From Hemiscyllium ocellatum (taxonomy: Eukaryota), in assembly GCF_020745735.1 (NCBI RefSeq), contig NC_083404.1, forward strand, positions 102,671,731 through 102,735,730: a DNA stretch of 64,000 nt, given 5' to 3'. The notes beneath the pieces were generated by a model. That model had not been told where the DNA came from. It did not search any database and was given only the letters and a program-made list of their open reading frames with translations. Position numbers and translations under genes: made by a program. The stretch's first letter is position 1; the number at the start of each line of letters is the position of its first letter. Positions 50,742 through 64,000 of this stretch are shown here, piece by piece.

Positions 50742-52630
50742 GCTGATTCACTGCTTAATCATGGTTGATCTGGTAATCCTCGATTCCACTTTGCTGCCTT
50801 CCCCCTCAACTCATGATTCACTTAAATTTAGTACAATATATTTGGTATCTCTAATCATGTGAATATACAATATCTCTGCCTCAAAAGCCTTTTGGTGTAA
50901 AGAATTCCACAGCATAATTGCCCTTTTAGGGAAAGAAAATCCTCCACATCCCTGTTTTAAGCTCCTTGTTGAGATCATGCCCTCTGGTCCCAGCCTCTCC
51001 CAATGGGGTTAAATAATCTTTCCACATCTACCCTCTTGAGTCTTTTAAGAATCTTGTAACATTTCAGTAAGGTTGCCTTTCATTCTTCTAAATTCCACTG
51101 AGTACAGGCATAATCTACTCAGCCTTTCCTTAAAGACAGTCTTTCATACCCTCGTATCAGCCGAGTGAACCTTTGCTGGATTGCCTCCAAAACCAGGATA
51201 TCATTCTTCAGGTGAGAGTCCCATAACTTCCCAGTATCCCAGCTATGGTCCAACTAGTGCCTTGTATAGTTTGGGCAAAACTTCCCTTCTTCTCTACTCC
51301 ATTCTCTTTGAAATAAATGCCAACAATGCATTTGCTCTTTTCCTGGTTATGGATGAAGAAAGTGAGGACTGCAGATGCTGGAGATCAGAGTCAAAAACTA
51401 TGGCGCTGGAAAAGCACAGTAGGTCAGGCAGCATCCGAGAAGCAGGAGAGCTGACGAATTGGGCATAATCCCTAATCTATGCTGCTCCACACAGTTGGGG
51501 AATTATTTCTTTCTCTTGTCAAGTTTAGTAGGCCTCTTGTTCTCTCTCCACTCTGTGTCCTGCTGGCTTGGGTATGAAGGCCTCTCTTTCTCATCTGCTA
51601 CAGCTGAGATTCAGGACACTCTCATTCTAGGAGACTCAAGATGGATTCGGAGCTATCTCTTTCTCCCTCCTGGTAGAGTTGGGTGGAAGATATCTCTCTG
51701 TGTGTCCTGCTCGGCTGGGTTAGGAATTTCCACTGTCTCTTTGTGATGTTGATCTGTTAGCTGATGCCTCTGTGTCTGTTTTGAGAGACATCTCTCTGCC
51801 TTCGTTCAGAACGTTTCTGTTTATGGCCTGTTGGTCTGAGTAAAGATATCACCTTCTGTTTCTGTTTAGATTAGTAAACGTATCTCTTTATGTCCTGAAT
51901 ATCCTGGGCTAGGGTGCATCTCCCGCTGTCTTTGTTCGGAAGTGTGTGTGTTTCTCTTTCTGCCGCTCTGACTGTGTGGCTGGGGTAGGAGGTATCACTC
52001 TGGCAGACTGAGTATCTGGGTTACAATGTTTGTGTATCTCTTTTCCTCTCTGTTACGGTAAGGTGTCTGGCTTAATAAATCTCTCTCTCGGTTAGTTGTG
52101 TGGATGAAGAGATGTGTCTGTCTATCTGTCTGGGTTCGGAGGTCTCTATTTCTCTCTGTCTGCGTTCGGAGGTGTGTTTCTGTTTCTACCTAGGAAGTAT
52201 CTCTGGGTCTGGGGGTTTGGAGGTCTCTCTGTCTGTCTGTCTGTGTTAGGAGGCGTGTCCCTATCTTTCTCTCTATCTGGGTTAGGAGGTGTCTGCAAAT
52301 TTTCTGGCGCTGCTCCCGTACCCCCACGTGCACCAAGGACGTTCTAAAATGTAACATTTACCAGAATGGAATAGTCCATCACAAAAAAAGAGGAGAGACA
52401 TGTACAAATCACTTTTAGATTTGCTATCAACAATACCTCTATTCAAAATATTCCAGCTTTGTTTTAAATAAATTGCTGTTTAATATCTGATAAATGTCCC
52501 TCCGTTTTGTCCTGAGGGGGTTGTTTGTATTTGAGGATGAGCTGATTTCTCCACCCCCCCCCCCTCCCGCAGAGTGTTTGGGTGGAGTCTCTCGGCTGCT
52601 GCTGGTAGTGGGAAGCGGAGCGGCGCAGCT

Positions 52631-52809
52631 ATGGCGTCCAGTACAGGCAGCAGGACAATCAGCAAGGATGATGTGAATTATAAACTGCATTTCCGAATGA
52701 TCAACGAGCAGCAAGTGGAGGATATCACCATCGACTTCTTCTACAAACCTCATACTATCACCCTGCTCACTTTCACCATCGTTAGTGTCATGTATTTCGC
52801 TTTTACCAG
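52631..52809 (+). CDS. PTDSS1: Phosphatidylserine synthase 1 exon 1 ([38 protein letters not shown]...)
   Basis: 179 coding nt, ATG at 52631, GT donor; highly recognisable PTDSS1 N-terminus. Confidence 0.96.
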
Positions 52810-53134
52810 GTACTTGTTGTATCCGGCTCTCTGTCTGCTATTTAACAGCTGACTCTTTCCATATCAATGCATGTGTGTCAGGCGAGTTCTGCTGCTAGGC
52901 CTGCTTGATAATGTAGCATTTTTCAAGCTAATGATTTGCTGGTTTGGGATATATGTCTCAGGTGGATCTCCCACCCCCGCGGTACACAGCCCGCTTTCGA
53001 CTTTACCTCTCAAAAGCACATTTTTGCGAATGGATTGTAAAATGAATCTTTTTCATCACTGTGAAATTTTATGTATGACCGATGCATTTCTAATACATTG
53101 ATATCACAAATCCTGCAATTATTTTTACATCTAG

Positions 53135-53226
53135 GGATGATTCAAGTCCGGAAGACAATATATGGAAGGGGGTTCTTTCCGTGGTGTTCTTTTTTCTAAT
53201 TGTAAGTGTTTTAGCATTTCCTAATG
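53135..53226 (+). CDS. PTDSS1: PTDSS1 exon 2 ([31 protein letters not shown])
   Basis: 92 nt, AG/GT boundaries, phase 2-1. Confidence 0.95.
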
Positions 53227-53350
53227 GTAAGTTGTTTGTTACAAGTGAGAATTGTGATTGATCACATTTCTTGCATTTTATTTTCCACATTCTGAAATAA
53301 TTTGTTTATTCACGCAATGTTGTTTAAGGATATTCCTTTTAATTTTTCAG

Positions 53351-53395
53351 GTCCTTTCACCAGACCACATCCAGCAATATGGAGGATGGTTTTTG
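53351..53395 (+). CDS. PTDSS1: PTDSS1 exon 3 (GPFTRPHPAIWRMVFG)
   Basis: 45 nt, AG/GT boundaries. Confidence 0.95.
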
Positions 53396-53527
53396 GTAAG
53401 CTCTGAAGCTGCACTATAAAGCTGAAAGTCTTTCCTGACATTTGGGACTTGAATTTCTTTTTTCTCCCAGTTAGTTTAGTATGTTATGATTTTGAAAATT
53501 ATTTGCGAATTGCTTATGAAAACTTGG

Positions 53528-53744
53528 CAAGTGAGTCCAAAAGCTGAAAATGTGTTGCTGGAAAAGCACAGCAGGTCAGGCAGCATCCAAGGAGCAGGAG
53601 AGTCTTCAGGAAGGGCTCATGCCCGAAACGTCGACTCTCCTGCTCCTTGGATGCTGCCTGACCTGCTTTGCTTTTCCAGCAACACATTTTCAGCTCTGAT
53701 CTCCAGCATCTGCAGTCCTCACTTTCTCCAAGTGAGTCCAAAAG
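53528..53744. mobile_element. Fold-back Penelope-terminus insertion with 16-bp TSD (copy B specific)
   Basis: caagtgagtccaaaag at 53528-53543 and 53729-53744; empty site at about 26180. Confidence 0.88.
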
Positions 53745-55479
53745 GTGAATCATTGATTCTTGATTTGATTCCATATTAATAAATGGTTGAGAATACCTAC
53801 AACTAATGCCTAGACCTAGCCAATACCCTCCCAAATTAAAAAGGTTTTGTTCCAGGAACTTTTAAAAACTTGAGCTGTGTTTGTTGCTTCTGATTTAAGG
53901 TGACACTTTAGTCATTGTACTGTACAACACCGGAGAAGAATGATCAGCTCATTGTGCTGGGAATTCCTTCTAGTTAGACCTCACTGACCTGTGAGAAATG
54001 CTGAGACACATAGCATATATTACGACAAGTGACCAAAAGCTGAATCAGAGATGTTTTATTGTCAAAGTAATTTACATGCAGTACAATTTCACAAATAGAT
54101 CACAGCAAATTCTTTTTTAATAGCTTTGGTTTCGGAACAAATATTGCCTAAGATACTCAATTTCTCAACTGTTCGAAAAAAACAACTATGCAATCCTTCC
54201 CAATTAGCTGACCAGGAATACAAGAAATAATTTAGCACCTTTGCCTTTGTGGATCATTTTGGTCCTTCATCTCTTCACTGATAAATGCTCATGCCCGTCA
54301 TATTTGCTCTATCCATCACTTGACTTGTAATGTTTCCTGTAATTTGCAGCCACATAACAACACTGGGCATGTTGCATGAAAATGATAGGCATTTGTCTCC
54401 AATGTACATGTAAAACCAGTATAGGAGCCCACAGTATTGGAAGTAGTACATTAGTATTGACCGTGTATTGATAACTAATAGAGACTTGGGATAAGGAGTG
54501 CATTTTTAGGGTGGCATACGGTAACAAGAGATGAGCCACAATTAGAGTTTGGAGTCCTCATCCGTGAATCACAAAAAGCTAGCATTTAAGTTCAGCAGGT
54601 AATAGGGAAGACAAATGAAATATTGCCTGCTATTTCAAAGGGAGTGAAGTATAAAACTGTAAAAGACACTAATCATGCCATAATTAGAATAATATGAGGA
54701 GTTTTTGGCCATTTATCGAAGGAAAGATATACTGGCATTAGAGACAATCCAGAGAAGGTTCTCTCAGTTGATGGAGGGACTGTCATATGAAGAGAGTCTG
54801 AGTAGATTGGGCTTGTACTCTGGAATATAAAAGAAAGAGAAGCGACCTATTGGACACACAAGATTCTTTGCAGACTTGAGAGGAGTTCTCTCTGTTTACT
54901 CTTCTGCACAGACCTCCGAGGACAGTGTGTGGAAGCCATTTCCAGAACCGGAAGTCAGTGCTGTGAACTGCGTCAGCGTACCAATTGTGGTGCGCAGAAC
55001 ATTGGAGTCACTGCATGTGGATGTGCAGGTATCTGTGCACACGTGCATGTGCAGAGAATTTGGGACAGTAGTACATCATCTAAGAATAAGAGATCACACA
55101 CTTAAATTAGAGGTGAAAAGGGATTTTTTCTCTGAGGGGAGTGAATCTGTGGAATTCTTTACTGCAGAAAGCTATTGAGGCTGGATCATTAAGTATACTC
55201 AGGACTTGGATGGATAGATTTTTAATCAGTGAATGAAGGGTTACGTGGAAAAGGCAAGAATATAGAATTGAGGACTTTTCGGGTCTGTCATGATTTCACT
55301 GAATGGCGGACCAGATTCAAGGGACTTATTTCCTGAATTGGTGAGATGCAAAATTCAGACACAAGTTGACATAATGGATCACAGCTGACATTTTGTGTTG
55401 GAGTTTCAACTGCAAACTGGGTGATTCCAAATATGAAATTTTAATTCAGCTTCTGCTTTGACTTAGACAACGTAGAATC

Positions 55480-55740
55480 CGTATAGTGCAGATAGAGGCC
55501 ATGTTATCCATCAAGCCCATACCGACCCTTTCCCCATGTTTACCATAGTTAATTTACCTTGTCTGGGCACTATGGGCTGTTCAGTATGGCCAAACCACCT
55601 AATTGGCACATCTTTGGACTGCGGGAGTAAACCAGAGTAGCCGGATGAAACCCACACAAGCACTGGCAGTCACCCAAGACTGACATCGAACCCAGGTCCC
55701 TGGCTCTGTGAGGCAACCGTGCTAACTGCTGAGCCACCAC
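55480..55740 (-). mobile_element. HE1-like SINE predating the duplication (paralog at about 29180-29437)
   Basis: tRNA head gtggctcagcagttagcac on the reverse strand; present at the same site in both copies. Confidence 0.7.
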
Positions 55741-55958
55741 ATTGCGGGTTGCTTGTTTGAAAATTTGCACATAATATGTATATTGGTGTACATTTTTGTT
55801 CTTATGCCATTGAATGACTCAAAGATTTAGTTCTTGAATTTTCACTTACTCTAAGCTGTATTCTCACTTGGTTGTTCAGAGGGTCCATTAATTGCATTTA
55901 CTAAAAGCTTGTAGATCTGAACAAGTGCACTTCATGATTTCACCTCACCATTAGCTAA

Positions 55959-56231
<273 letters not shown>

Positions 56232-56657
56232 TAGCATTTTCCTATAATGAGAAAAATCCAAGATGCATTAATGTTTTTCCTTCATTTAAATTCATTTTGC
56301 ATTCATTTACAGTATCCAGCTGTATTTAGCACTTTTGTAATCTTATTTTTCTTCACTTCATGATATTTAATGAAGTGGCTGACTTGTATGGTTTCTGTAA
56401 ACATCACATGTTTTATTGTTTCAGTTGATGTGATGTGCAATTCTCAAGTGTCAGGATATTATTTCATGGATGAGTAGAGTTGCTGTTACTTTGCCGTAAA
56501 TTGAATTAATGGCAAATGTGTTGTACATGAAATGGAATACTCCTGGAGTCAGTCAAACTCAGTTTAACAGAAGAGCATTGATGTAGTTTGATCCTTAGAT
56601 GTACAAACGGTAACATTTTCATTGCAGCAGTGACTAGTCAAAGCTTGTCATCAACAT

Positions 56658-57283
56658 TAGAGTCATAGAGATGTACAGTGTGTAAACAGACCCTTCGGGC
56701 CAACTCGTCCATGCAGGCCAGATATCCCCAGCCAATCTAGGCCCCCTGCTAGCATCTGGAACATGTCCGTCCAAACCCTTCCTATTCATATAGCCATCCA
56801 GGTGCCTTTTAAATGTTGCAATTGTACCAGCCTCCACCACTTCCTCTGGCAACTCATTCCATACACGTACCACCTTCTATGTGAAAAAGTTGCCTCTTAG
56901 GTCTCTTATCCCCTCTCACCCTAAACTTATGCCCTCTAGTTCTGGACTTCCCCCATCCCAAGGAAAAGACTTTGTCTATTTAACCTTTTCATACCCCTCA
57001 TGATTTTATATATCTCTATAAGGTCACCCCTCAGTTTCTGACACTCTAGAAATGCAATCCCAGCATATTCAACCTCTCCCTATAGCTCAAATCCTCCAAT
57101 CCTGGCAATGTCCTTGTAAATCTTCTCTGAACTCTTTCAGGTTTCACAACATTGTTCCGATAGGAAGGAGACTAGAATTGCATGTATTATTGCAAAAGTG
57201 GCCTAACCAATGTCCTGTACAGCCACAACATGACCTCCCAACCCTTGTACTCAATACTCTAACTAATAAAGGAAAGCATACCA
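56658..57283 (-). mobile_element. CR1-type LINE 3' fragment (copy B specific)
   Basis: Same family as 27822-28723; absent at about 30207 in copy A. Confidence 0.88.
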
Positions 57284-59142
57284 AATTAATTTAGAAATAT
57301 TACTTTTGGTTATCATTAGTTGAAAATGTTTAATTATTTTCTTCTCATATTATTCTTGCAGCATATAACCAAACGTTTCTCTAAACACATGTATATATCC
57401 TGACATTTATTAAGAAGTTGAGAAGAAAATTGCACAATTTGGAATCCAATGCCTACCTATTCTGTTGTAAATAAGTAACCTTTGAAGAGTAATTCTATGG
57501 AAATTCTTGGCTGAGATTGCTAGTTTGTTCTAATATAGGTCATTACCTAGCAAGGAGACCCAAATTCACAATAGACACAGTTGGTCGTTTGCAGTTGAGG
57601 TTTCTTCCTATTTTTAATCAGTTTCTGTAATCACTATTATTCAGAAAAGTTGAAACTGCAGTGCTTTTGAAAGGCAGTTGAAGTTTCTTTCTCCAGCTTA
57701 GTGAAGGAACAACATTCATAATTTTACAGAAAATGAATTTAATGGTTCTTTTGTTGATTTGAAGTTGAATTTTTTAAATTGTCTAAATTTTTTTTAAAAA
57801 TTATACTTTTAATCAATTTTATTTTAGTTTCAGGATTTTAAATTCTCTCTTTCTCAATGATTTTGGGTTCAATTCACGGACACGTTGTATAAAAAAATTG
57901 CAGATAAAACAATAAGTCCCATATAATTATGCTCATTTCCCCTCCTCCCACATTATCCCAGTCCCAAGCCTCCAACTTGGCAGCGCCCTCCCGACCTGTC
58001 CATCACCACCCCCCACCCCACCCCATCCCACCCCAACCTACCGCCTTCTCCCTCACCTTTATCCATCTATCGCTTTCTCAGCTACCTTCCACCCCCCCTC
58101 CCTCCACAAACTCCACCCCCATCCATTTATCTCTCAACCCCGGCCCACAAGCCTCATTCCTGCTGAAGGGCTTATGTCTGAAATGTCGAATCTCCTGCTT
58201 CTTGGATGCTGCCTGACCTGCTGTGCTTTCTCAGCAACATACTCTCGATTCTGATCTCCAGCATCTACACTCCTCAGTTTCTTCCCATATAATTATGCTG
58301 CATGGATCAGCCTGAAACTTTCTTCCTGTAGGTACTCTGGAGAGTCTACATTACATTACCTTACCTTACATTAAAAATCTTCCCAAAGTTTGTATTTTCC
58401 ACTGGCAAGGGGAATGGAGAAAATTTCTGTTCAATAAACATTGGATGGCTTTGAATAGAAAGACTGATCTAAACAAATCACTGTGCCTGGCTGTGCATCT
58501 GGTGGTAGAATAGTTTCGTTATTTTAAGTGAATATACACAGAACTTTGATCTTTGGGAATGAATCACATTTTAAATTAGATTGTCTTTGATGAAAATATT
58601 TATACTGTCTCAGCTTAAATATTCATTTAAATTCATTCATTTTGCATTCATTTATAATATCCAACTGTATTTAGCACTTTTGTAATCTTATTTTTCTTCA
58701 CTTTCACTATGGGTATCCGATTAGGGAGGGATTTGGGCTGGGTCCTGGCAGGTGGGACTAGATTGGGTTGGGATATCTGGTCGGCATGGACGAGTTGGAC
58801 CGAAGAGTCTGTTTCCATGCTGTACATCTCGATGACTAAGTGACTATGACCTGTTTATAACAACAGCTCAGCAAATTTACCAGCCTGGTTATTATGTTTG
58901 TTGTTCAAATCATGTAAACAGAAATCCAGTTAGAGTAATCAACCCCTCTGCCTTTGAGAACTGTTCCTCCTTTAGTTAGTGTGCTGTTTTATTGTTGCAT
59001 GAATACCTCAGTTTAATGTTTTTCTATGATCTTGAAGTTATGCGAGAGGAATGCTGGATAAGGCAATCGTCTATGTCAGATTTTTATCACGCCTAACTTT
59101 TAAAGATGATAGCAATTTCCTTGAATATTTTGTTTTTAATAG

Positions 59143-59346
<204 letters not shown>

Positions 59347-60644
59347 TAACCAAATTACAAATTGTATTGTTTAAACAGGACCTCCTTAAGATTTTGAAGT
59401 GTTGTATTACAATGTGTTGTGTAACAAGATCTACATCTTGATATCTCAATCATTTTAAATGAGGAAGGGGACAGAATATAAACAAAACATTATCTTTTAA
59501 CTACCAAACAAAGGAACAGAGTGACAGTAAATTTTCTTGTACTGTTACACAAAACCATATGATCGGCAGATGGTTGGTGTTCTGTTATTTTGAGTTTTAC
59601 AAGTATTAAATCTGAAAATTTGAGCATTTAATAAGGGGGATGTTTCTTGACACAATCTAGGTTCATGCCCCAATCTATGCTGAGTAAGCAATTTTTTCAA
59701 TTTGTAAATTGTGACACACTTCCCTCGACTAGTGGGGTCGAAATAACAGTCCCTGATCCTGTTTGCAATCTAGTTTCCTATTGCTTGGAATAAATCTGTA
59801 ATGATTTTTCAAAAATTGAAAATTTGTATAAATTTATGAATCTCAATAGTATTTAGGAATTCGGAACAAATGCCAATAATGCCCTTGACGGAATAAAAAA
59901 ATCATTTGATTTTGTAAAAATAATTTTGATAGGCGAAAGCGCTGTGGTGGTGGGAACCTGTTATTGGAGAAAGTGTGCTGCTTTTATGAAACCTTCCTCA
60001 ATTACAGTTTGCAATCTCTTTTGTATACATTAAGACACTTAATCCCACGGAGACTATAGCAACCGTTGAATTTACAGGTCGATTCCAGGAGCATTTGCTC
60101 ATTAGATATTGTTCAGCCAACATTATAATTGATCACCAGACATTTTGTAAATGATCCAAGAATTGTTCCCCGGAGAGTATTATGTGGGTTTGTGTTTTCT
60201 GCTGCAACTATTCTTTGTCAGTCTGCAGAAAGTTAATCTGTAACCCTGTTATTCATGGTAGCAGTTCCAGTTTTCATCACAGAATTGAGTAGTGGAATAG
60301 CATTTATTCGGTGATCTAATTTTTAAATTGGTTCTCAAGATATACACAATGTTACAAGACCCCATTTATTCACATAAAAGTTTTAATTTTTCTGCTGAGT
60401 TGTGGGGATAGTTTCCTTCTCAGTAAAGGGTGGAAAGGGCAGAGTAATCCCCGGTAACAACTTTGTGTTGTTCTAATTCCAACAGATAATCATCCTGGAA
60501 ATGTCATGTCATATTCCAGAAAGAAACCTGGCTTGATAAGATTTTTTTTTCAACATTTTGTGGTTGGTTAATGTTGTGAATAGTTACTGAAACTCATGTA
60601 TTCTCATAACATGAGGTTATTGTACAAAAGATGAACAAACATTT

Positions 60645-61305
60645 TGTACACAGATCTCTGAAAGTTGCCACCCAGGTAAATAGTGCTGTGAAGAAGGCAT
60701 ATGGCGTACTGGCTTTTATTGGTAGAGGAATTGAGTTCCGGAGTCCTGAGGTCATGTTGCAGTTGTATAAGACTCTGGTGCGGCCGCATCTGGAGTATTA
60801 TGTGCAGTTTTGGTTGCCATGCTATAGGAAGGATGTGGAGGCACTGGAACGGGTGCAGAGGAGGTTTACCAGGATGTTGCCTGGTATGGTAGGAAGATCG
60901 TATGAGGAAAGGCTGAGGCACTTGGGGCTGTTTTCATTGGAGAAAAGAAGGTTTAGGGGTGACTTGATAGAGGTGTACAAGATGATTAGGGGTTTAGTTA
61001 GGGTTGACAGTGAGAAGCTTTTTCCACGTATGGAGTCAGCTATTACGAGGGGGCATAGCTTTAAATTAAGGGGAGGTAGGTATAGGACAGATGTTGGGGT
61101 AGACTTTTTACTCAGCGAGTTGTGAGTTCATGGAATGCCCTGCCAGTAGCAGTGATGGACTCTCCCTCTTTATGGGCATTTAAACGGGCATTGGATAGGC
61201 ATATGGGGAATAGTGGGCTAGTGTACGTTAGGTGGCTTGGGTCGGCGCAACATCGAGGGCCAAAAGGCCTGTACTGCGCTGTATTTTTCTATGTTCTATG
61301 TTCTA
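60645..61305 (+). mobile_element. CR1-type LINE 3' fragment (copy B specific, relatively young)
   Basis: LYKTLVRPHLEY.VQFW.P.YRKDV.ALERVQRRFTRMLPG ORF; (ttctatg)n tail; empty site at about 31955. Confidence 0.92.
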
Positions 61306-62723
61306 AAAGCAACCAAAGGTGGACATATATAGAATACAGTTGGAAAGATCTTAACAAGCAGAATAAAACAGAGTGTTGGGAAACAGGTTGAAACTATCTG
61401 TTACAGACACTCCATTCCAGCGAAAGAAGGACTCTTACTTCTACCTCAACACTTTCAGTTTTTACTGAATTAACTTTAACTTTCCCCAATTTCTGGAATT
61501 GGAGGCACTTTTACAATTCCTTTCTGAGTCTGCTAGCATGAGCTCATCATAATTTTGAGAAACTAAACTTTCTCAATTCTAACAATTTAATTCCTATTCT
61601 GCCTGCTTTGGCTTGTAAGTTCCATTGAGTAGAAACCACTTCTGCTAATGTCACTAGTTGAATTCCCCTGAACTGAGTTGATTGTTTTGTGAGGAGAAAT
61701 TGTTCTCTCTTGTGAATGAGCACTGGATTATTCTGAACTGAGACATGGAACCTTCTGTTTTGAAGTCAAAACTGAACTGCTTTTTTGAGTCATAGTTATA
61801 CAGTACAGAAACGGACCCTCTGGTACAACTTGTCTATGCCGACAAAGTTTCCCAAAGTAAACTAGTCCCGTTTGTCTGTATTTGGCCTATATCCCTCTAA
61901 GCCTTTCCTAATCATGTACCTGTCCAAATGTCTTTTAAATGTTTTAACTGTACCTGCATCTACCACTTTGCTGGGAGTTCATTCCACATATGAGCCATCC
62001 TCTGTGCGAAAAAGCTGCCCTTCAGGTCCCATTTAAATCTTTCTCCTCTCACCTTAAAAAATGCCCCCTAATTTCGAACTCCCCCACATAAGGTAAACAG
62101 AAAGGTCTTTTTCCTAATCTATACTCCACATGATTTTGCACATCTCTACAAGTAATGCCCTTCATGTTTTATTGTATCAGTTATGAACTCAATATTATAA
62201 ACATTTATCCATCAACTCTACAGGCTTCTCGCAAGTGCTTAACTGAAGTCATGTAATCTACCTGGAATTGACATATCCAGGTCACTATTCAAATGACTTT
62301 CTGATCTTTCTTTATTTAAAATAAAATCTTGACATAACTGACCAAAGTCCATCTGCCTCTATTTTTTTTGAAAATCCAAATTCCAGAAGTACTGTTGCAT
62401 ATTGTACATCTTAATGTGTAGTGACCTTGAGGCAATGCCGGATTTCTAATTGCTTCCTTACTATACCTGTGTGAAACTTGGTGTAATGGAGAGGTATTTA
62501 GGGAAATTTTCTAATCAACCTGTTCAGGGTTGTTATTACATCGCTCAGGAGCAAATGAGATGTGAACGCAGATCTCCTGGCTCAGATATAAGGACAGTAC
62601 CTGTGGAGCCCTGTGAGAGATATTTATATTATTCTGTTAATATGTTTTAAACTGTTAACTGCTGTAAATTACCTTTGAATTTATTCTTTATATGATGTAG
62701 CATTCCTTTTGTTTGTCTTTTAG

Positions 62724-62876
<153 letters not shown>

Positions 62877-64000
62877 TAAGTGCTTTTAGTTATATGTTTA
62901 TACATAGCACAGGGGCTTCTTACTACTTTATCTGACCCCACCAACTAGCATTTCTTCCTCTCTTATGTTTCCATTTAAAAGCATCAGTGTTATTTATCTT
63001 AGCCAGTCCTCCCACTCTCTGGGTGTAAACATTCCTCTTGAATTTTCCATTGCATCTCTTAGTGACTGCCTGGCATCTATGGCCCTTATTTCTTGTCTGG
63101 AGCACAAGTGGAAGCATTTTTCTTCATCTTTACCCATATAAAACCTTTTCAAAATTTTAAAGAGACCTGTCTTGTAATTTTCCTTTTCTAACAAAAAGAG
63201 CCCCCAACTTTCCAGTCTTTTCTTATCACAGCTTGTTGTTTCTGATATAAGATCACGGGATGTCGGAGCAAGTATAGCCCAATTGTCTCATCAAATCTGC
63301 TCCACCATTCAATGTTGTCGTGGCTGATCTGATAATCCCCAACTCCACTTCCCTGCATTTAACCCATAACCTTTGATTCCCTTTACTGATTACAAATTGT
63401 CAGTATTGGCCTTGAAGAGATATAATGATTCAGCCTCGACAGCTTCCTGCAGTAAAGAATTCTACAGATTCAATATCCTATTAAAGTAACAAACAAATCC
63501 TGGTCATCTCTGTCTAAATGTGTGACCTCTTATTCTGAGATTATGCCCTCTGTTGCCAGACTCTCCCACAAGGCTAAACAACCTCTCAGCAGCTATCCTG
63601 TCTAAGACCCGAGGAATCTTGTATGGTTCAGTAAGGCTATCTTATTATTCTAAACTCCAGTGAATACAGGTCCAGTCTACTCGTCCCCTCCTTCTTAAAA
63701 AAAATACTGAATAACCTGGCTTGACGTAATGTTCCTTCCCTGGAGTGTCTCCAATAGTTCAGATTTTTGCTGTGGTTTAACTAGTGCCCTGTTTAGTTTT
63801 GGCAAGACAACCCTACTTCTATATTCTATTCAAATTAATTATATTAAGTCTCTTTTTGCACCATCCATCTCCATTGACTTAATATCCTCCTCATGATGTG
63901 GAAAATAATATACTTCATAGTGTTCCAAGTGAGATCTAACCGAAGTTGAGACAGGTTTATCGAAGCTTCTGATTTTCAGTTCTGTTCCTCTGGAAATTTA

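Overview
Vertebrate genomic DNA, very probably a shark (HE1-type tRNA SINEs, CR1 LINEs and Penelope-like elements dominate), covering the UQCRB-MTERF3-PTDSS1 syntenic block. The window holds an old tandem segmental duplication. Copy A runs from about 15.5 kb to at least 37.4 kb and copy B from about 39.6 kb to the window end; directly alignable homology is about 15506-32137 vs 40043-61493. The host genes decayed reciprocally. MTERF3 is intact only on the A side (7 coding exons, 415 aa, minus strand). PTDSS1 is intact only in B (exons 1-6 in the window, plus strand). Pseudogene remnants of PTDSS1 (A), MTERF3 (B) and a UQCRB exon lie between them. The one gene kept intact in both copies is a 597-aa pogo/Tigger (TIGD/Jerky-like) transposase-derived ORF. 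It sits in sense orientation inside MTERF3 intron 1, has its own splice acceptor and eroded TIRs, and lies downstream of a putative shared non-coding exon 1 next to a CpG-rich 34-bp palindromic VNTR (5 vs 7 units). It looks like a domesticated, promoter-trapping transposase gene that was duplicated and retained. Other signals: many Penelope-like insertions with inverted termini, TSDs and minimal hammerhead ribozyme motifs, patchy near-identity between the copies, and an apparent A-to-B sequence transfer. All coordinates and identities were read by eye; no alignments or searches were run.
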